From: Vicinamibacterales bacterium | GTDB taxonomy: Bacteria > Acidobacteriota > Vicinamibacteria > Vicinamibacterales > UBA2999 | Direction: 5' to 3' | Assembly: GCA_041659285.1 (NCBI GenBank) | Contig: JBAZYO010000005.1 | Coordinates: forward strand, 83,188 to 147,187 | Length of the DNA stretch: 64,000 nt | Shown: positions 60,731-64,000 of the stretch, piece by piece | Layout of the letters: each line of letters opens with the position of its first letter | How positions within the stretch are numbered: the first letter of the stretch is position 1 | The notes under the pieces: generated by a model | What the model was told of the DNA's origin: nothing | What the model saw: only the letters and a program-made list of their open reading frames with translations | Databases searched by the model: none | Translations under genes and position numbers: made by a program

Positions 60731-61942
60731 TCAGGCGCCAAGGAACTGCCGCGTAAACGCGTCCACATCGTCATAGATCGCGCCGAGCTCTTTCGGAGAG
60801 GCGAGGAAGACAATGCGGAAGAAGCCGTCGCCGGGAGCTGTGCCGAAGCCCGAGCCGTAAACGGTGAGAATGCCCTTGGCGCGCAGCAGGCCGAGCACGA
60901 AATCGACGTCGGTCTTGCCCCCGGGCAACTCGACCTTCGGCATGGCGTAGAACGCGCCGCGCGGCGCCACGCACGAGATGCCGGGGATGGCGTTCATGCG
61001 CGCGGTGGTCAGCTCCGCGCGCTCGCGCAGCTGTTGCCGGAATGCGATTTGATGCGAGCGGTCGCCGGTGAGCGCGGCGGTGACCGCGTACTGCATGGGG
61101 CCGGGGCTGCAGAGGCGTCCGTCGGCGAGCTTCTTGATGGCGGCCAGCGCGGGATCGAGCCGCGGCGACGAGCCCACCGCCATCCACCCGGCCCGCCACC
61201 CCGGCGCGAGGTAGGCCTTCGACAGGCTCGAATACGAAATGATCGGCGCGTGGTTGTCGAGCGCCGCCATCGGCGGCACGGGGCCGTCGTAGGCGAGATC
61301 GCCGTAGACCTCGTCGGCGAGGATGACCAGGCCATGTTCCTCGGCCAGGGCGATCAGCGCGCGCCGCATCGGCTCGGGATAGATCGCGCCGGTCGGGTTG
61401 TTCGGATCGATCACGACGAGCGCGCGCGTCTTCGGGTTGATCAGGCTGCGGATGTGATCGAGGTCCGGCATCCACTCGCGCGTGTGATCGGTGCGGTAGT
61501 AGGCCGGCCGGGCGCCGATCTTCGCGAGCACCGCGGTGTAGAGCGGATAGGTCGGCGACGGCACCAGCACTTCTTCGCCCTCATCGACGATGCCGGTGAG
61601 CGCCAGTTCGATGCCTTCGGAGGTGCCCGTGGTGATCAACACGCGATCCGCCGAGACGTTGACGCCGCGGGCGGCGAAGTCGGCCGCCGCCGCCTCACGC
61701 GCTTCCGCAATGCCGGGCGACGGCGTGTAGCCGTTGTGGCCATCGCGCATCGCCTTCGCCACCGCCTCGATCAGGTGCGGCGGCGTGAGAAACCCGAACT
61801 GGTTCGGATCCCCGATGTTGAGGTACCGCACCGTCATGCCGGTCTGCTCCACCTTTTTCGCCTCGCCAACGATGTTGCGGATGGCGTAGGTGAAACGATC
61901 GACTCGCTTCGCGGTCCTGATCGGCGCGGAGGTGACAGGCAT
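60731..61942 (-). CDS. class I/II PLP-dependent aminotransferase (alanine/aspartate aminotransferase-like)
   Basis: 'LNIGDPNQFGF', 'SLSKAYLAPGWRAGW' (PLP lysine) and 'FFRIVFL'. Confidence 0.85.
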   Translation of the reverse strand: MPVTSAPIRTAKRVDRFTYAIRNIVGEAKKVEQTGMTVRYLNIGDPNQFGFLTPPHLIEAVAKAMRDGHNGYTPSPGIAEAREAAAADFAARGVNVSADRVLITTGTSEGIELALTGIVDEGEEVLVPSPTYPLYTAVLAKIGARPAYYRTDHTREWMPDLDHIRSLINPKTRALVVIDPNNPTGAIYPEPMRRALIALAEEHGLVILADEVYGDLAYDGPVPPMAALDNHAPIISYSSLSKAYLAPGWRAGWMAVGSSPRLDPALAAIKKLADGRLCSPGPMQYAVTAALTGDRSHQIAFRQQLRERAELTTARMNAIPGISCVAPRGAFYAMPKVELPGGKTDVDFVLGLLRAKGILTVYGSGFGTAPGDGFFRIVFLASPKELGAIYDDVDAFTRQFLGA

Positions 61943-62086
61943 GACGGGCGATCTTACCCCCCTGGCGCCATGTAATTGCTACACCCTTACATGACTCAAG
62001 ACCTTGTCCCAGCTCAACAGTTTCAGTTAAACTACTGAATACAAATGGGTTACCTGGTTGGCAGCAAACTTGGATACGGGAATGGC

Positions 62087-63019
62087 ATGCGGCGGTTCCT
62101 CCTCGCCCTCGCGATTGTGAGCCAACCGGTGTCCGGTTGGGCGCAGGGGGCCGCAGAGAAGCAGGCAACGTTCCGTTCGGGTGTTGACCTTGTCACGGTA
62201 AGCGCGACGGTGCGCGACAACAAAGGACGACTCGTGACCAACCTCACCAGGCAGGACTTTGAAGTGATCGACCGCGGCGAGCACCGTGCGATCAACGAGT
62301 TCCGCTCCGAACGGGCGCCGTTGAGCCTGGCCATTCTCTTCGACGTGAGCGGCAGCATGGATATTGCCGCCCGCACGACCGCAGCCAGATTTGCGGCCTA
62401 TCACTTGTTGTCCTCGCTGGACGAAGGCCGCGACGAAGCCGGGCTGTTCGCGTTTGACAGCCGGCTACACGAGGTGGCCCCGTTTACGGTCGATACGCGT
62501 GCCCTTAAGGGTGCGCTGGGGGAGGTCGATCCATTCGGGGCCACTTCGTTACATGACGCCATTTCGGCGGCGGCGGAGCGGGTGGCAGCCCGCCCGATGG
62601 CCCGCCGCGCGGTGGTGGTGTTGACGGACGGCATTGATACCTCGAGCCTGATGACGCCGGCCCAGGTGTCGGCGAAGGCCGCGGCCATCGACGTGCCGGT
62701 CTACATCATCGCCGTGGTCTTGCCGATCGACGATCCGGGTTCCGATCGGGCCACGCCGGGCTCGAAGCGGCAGGCCCCCGCGTCGGTTGGCACGATTGAA
62801 GACCTCGCGCGCTGGACCGGCGGCGCGCTGCACTACAGCAGCACCTCGGCCTCGGCCCACAAGGCCGCGCGCGCGGTGATTGACGAATTGCGCCACCTGT
62901 ATCTGATCGCATTCGAGCCGGGCGCATCACCGGGGTGGCACCCCTTGGAAATACGGACGTCGCAGAAGGACTTTGTGGTCAGGACCCGCGGCGGTTACGT
63001 CGCCGGGTCGAGGCGGTAG
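62087..63019 (+). CDS. VWA domain protein with acidobacterial-type VWFA-related N-terminal domain
   Basis: 'FRSGVDLVTVSATVRDNKGRLVTNLTRQDFEVIDRGE' and MIDAS 'ILFDVSGSM'. Signal peptide 'MRRFLLALAIVSQPVSGWA'. Confidence 0.8.
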   Translation: MRRFLLALAIVSQPVSGWAQGAAEKQATFRSGVDLVTVSATVRDNKGRLVTNLTRQDFEVIDRGEHRAINEFRSERAPLSLAILFDVSGSMDIAARTTAARFAAYHLLSSLDEGRDEAGLFAFDSRLHEVAPFTVDTRALKGALGEVDPFGATSLHDAISAAAERVAARPMARRAVVVLTDGIDTSSLMTPAQVSAKAAAIDVPVYIIAVVLPIDDPGSDRATPGSKRQAPASVGTIEDLARWTGGALHYSSTSASAHKAARAVIDELRHLYLIAFEPGASPGWHPLEIRTSQKDFVVRTRGGYVAGSRR

Positions 63020-63021
63020 TG

Positions 63022-63066
63022 GAAATTTGGTAGTTTAGTGATTTGGCGATCTCGTGATTTGGATCG
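63022..63066. repeat. octamer repeat array (GATTTGGT family) upstream of ompA-like gene
   Basis: 'gaaatttggt agtttagt gatttggc gatctcgt gatttgga tcgc'. Confidence 0.7.
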
Positions 63067-63082
63067 CAGGGAGAATGTGATT

Positions 63083-63769
63083 ATGCGTAAGTCTCTTTTC
63101 GTCATCGGTGTTTTCACGGTCGCATTGGCCGTCGCTCCGGCGTGCGCCACCAAGAAGTTCGTCCGCACGTCGGTTGGTGAAGTGAACGAGAAGGTCGGCA
63201 CCATGGGCAAGTCGCTCGAGGAAACCCAGGAGCGCGTGCGCACGGCTGAAGGCCGCATCACCGAAGTGGACGCCAAGGCCGCCGCCGCCAACGCCTCGGC
63301 GACCAAGGCCAACGCCGCCGCGGCCGACGCCGCCACCGCCGCCGGCCGCGCCGCCGAAGTCGGCAAGACCGCCGACGCCCGCGCCGCCGGTCTTGAAGCC
63401 GAGACCCGCAAGCTGATCTTCACCACCGTGCTCAGCGAAGACCGCGGCGAGTTCAAGCTCGGCAAGGCCGAACTGCCGGAAGACGCCACCGCGGCGATCG
63501 ACAACATGGTGAACGCGCTCAAGGCCGACAAGAAGGCCGTGTGGGTCGAGATTGAAGGCCACACCGACAACGTCGGCGACGCGAAGTACAACGAGCAGCT
63601 CGGCCTGCTGCGCGCCGAAGCCGTGAAGCGCTATCTCTACGAGAAGCACCAGGTGCCGCTGCACAAGATCAACGTGATCAGCTACGGCGAAGAGAAGCCG
63701 GTGGCCCCGAACACCACCCGCGCCGGCCGCGCGCAGAACCGCCGCGTCGTCATCAAGGTGCTCGCGTAA
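63083..63769 (+). CDS. OmpA-family protein with Ala-rich coiled-coil N-terminal half
   Basis: 'IEGHTDNVGDAKYNEQLGLLRAEAVKRYL' and 'NRRVVIKV'. Signal 'MRKSLFVIGVFTVALAVAPAC'. GGGAGA lies upstream. Confidence 0.85.
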   Translation: MRKSLFVIGVFTVALAVAPACATKKFVRTSVGEVNEKVGTMGKSLEETQERVRTAEGRITEVDAKAAAANASATKANAAAADAATAAGRAAEVGKTADARAAGLEAETRKLIFTTVLSEDRGEFKLGKAELPEDATAAIDNMVNALKADKKAVWVEIEGHTDNVGDAKYNEQLGLLRAEAVKRYLYEKHQVPLHKINVISYGEEKPVAPNTTRAGRAQNRRVVIKVLA

Positions 63770-63784
63770 CACTTGGCACTGCTT

Positions 63785-63892
63785 GACGGGAGGACACTTT
63801 CAGTCGGGACTTTGAGTCTCGACGGGAAGTGCCTCCCGACCAGCGTTTCCCCCGACTGACGGCTTCCTCCCGACAAGAAGTGCCCTCCCGAC
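63785..63892. repeat. reiterated CCTCCCGAC / GAAGTGCC(C)TCCCGAC motif in the leader of the next gene
   Basis: CCTCCCGAC at 63832-63840, 63866-63874 and 63884-63892. An inverted copy 'gacgggagg' lies at 63785-63793. Confidence 0.5.
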
Positions 63893-63921
63893 GGGTTCAT
63901 GAGCTACACTTTCTCCGCCTC

Positions 63922-64000
63922 ATGAAACTCAGCGTCGTGATGCCTGCCTACAACGAGCAGGCCACCATCCGCACCATCGTCGCGCGCGTGCTCGCCGTGG
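63922..64000 (+). CDS. glycosyltransferase family 2, 3' end outside window
   Basis: ATG 63922 gives 'MKLSVVMPAYNEQATIRTIVARVLAV', a typical GT2 N-terminus. Not in the ORF track because it is truncated by the window. Confidence 0.6.
   Translation, partial: MKLSVVMPAYNEQATIRTIVARVLAV

Noticed and set aside
58577-61975. ORFs 58577..59755 -, 59788..60756 + and 60500..61975 +
   Set aside because: They are alternative frames or antisense to the polytopic membrane protein and the aminotransferase. They have no TM pattern or motifs.
28373-63066. Octamer arrays considered as CRISPR arrays
   Set aside because: The period is 8 nt with no spacers, the arrays span only 45-125 nt, and there are no cas genes. 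They are simple tandem repeats.
63773-63790. TGGCAC-containing sequences checked as sigma-54 promoters (also at 7603, 9419, 15349, 20748, 24541, 42555)
   Set aside because: None has TTGC at the required distance from the GG. The best case (63774 'TGGCACTGCTTGACG') has the wrong spacing and lacks the GC dinucleotide.
1-64000. Search for rRNA, tRNA, tmRNA, transposase or integrase genes
   Set aside because: Nothing with the expected conserved sequence or structure was noticed by eye. A tRNAscan/Infernal run would be needed to exclude small RNAs.

Overview
GC-rich bacterial chromosomal segment. Gene content, such as a VWA protein with the acidobacterial 'VWFA-related' N-terminus, suggests Acidobacteriota, but that is inference only. 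All calls rest on motif reading of the supplied ORFs and on the DNA itself; no searches were run.

Layout:
(1) nt 1-24,000: a large, almost entirely + strand surface-glycan locus. It holds 3 FkbM-type and 3 class I methyltransferases, one GT2 and three GT4 glycosyltransferases, Wzx-like and Wzy-like membrane proteins, UDP-sugar modifying enzymes, a complete GDP-D-glycero-alpha-D-manno-heptose module (hddA, hddC, gmhA, gmhB) plus a transaldolase, and fcl. At 13.2-14.4 kb it is interrupted by a scar of decayed toxin-antitoxin genes and duplicated fragments.
(2) 24-29 kb: an accessory-looking stretch with VapBC, a HAD nucleotidase-like protein, a secreted protein, a Dabb barrel protein and a highly repetitive Lys/Pro/Trp-rich protein.
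(3) 29-36 kb: a dense signalling island. It contains a sigma-54 activator, an excisionase-type HTH, a free-standing DHp-like mini-protein, a FliA/WhiG-type sigma factor, a PAS hybrid kinase, a PCYCGC protein and a GGDEF cyclase.
(4) 36-64 kb: mostly housekeeping or mixed genes. These include Lrp/EamA, YhaM-like, FabZ-like, an S9 peptidase, GAF-PP2C, a lone atpB, glnA, a CHASE3 hybrid kinase operon, ccdA, a nuoG-like gene, an M1 peptidase, kbl, a GT-C-like membrane protein, an aminotransferase, VWA, OmpA and GT2.

The most unusual signal is non-genic. At least three families of short repeats populate the window:
(a) GTAG-capped GC-rich hairpins (REP-like), including inverted doublets.
(b) Arrays of an 8-nt unit (GATTTGGT and variants).
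(c) The palindrome GGGGTCTGACCCC.
Several copies sit inside or at the ends of coding sequences without breaking the frame, and some supply the stop codon.

No rRNA, tRNA, CRISPR array, transposase or integrase was recognised. I could not identify a clear-cut new multi-gene system with confidence. The best candidates are listed under findings with explicit tests.
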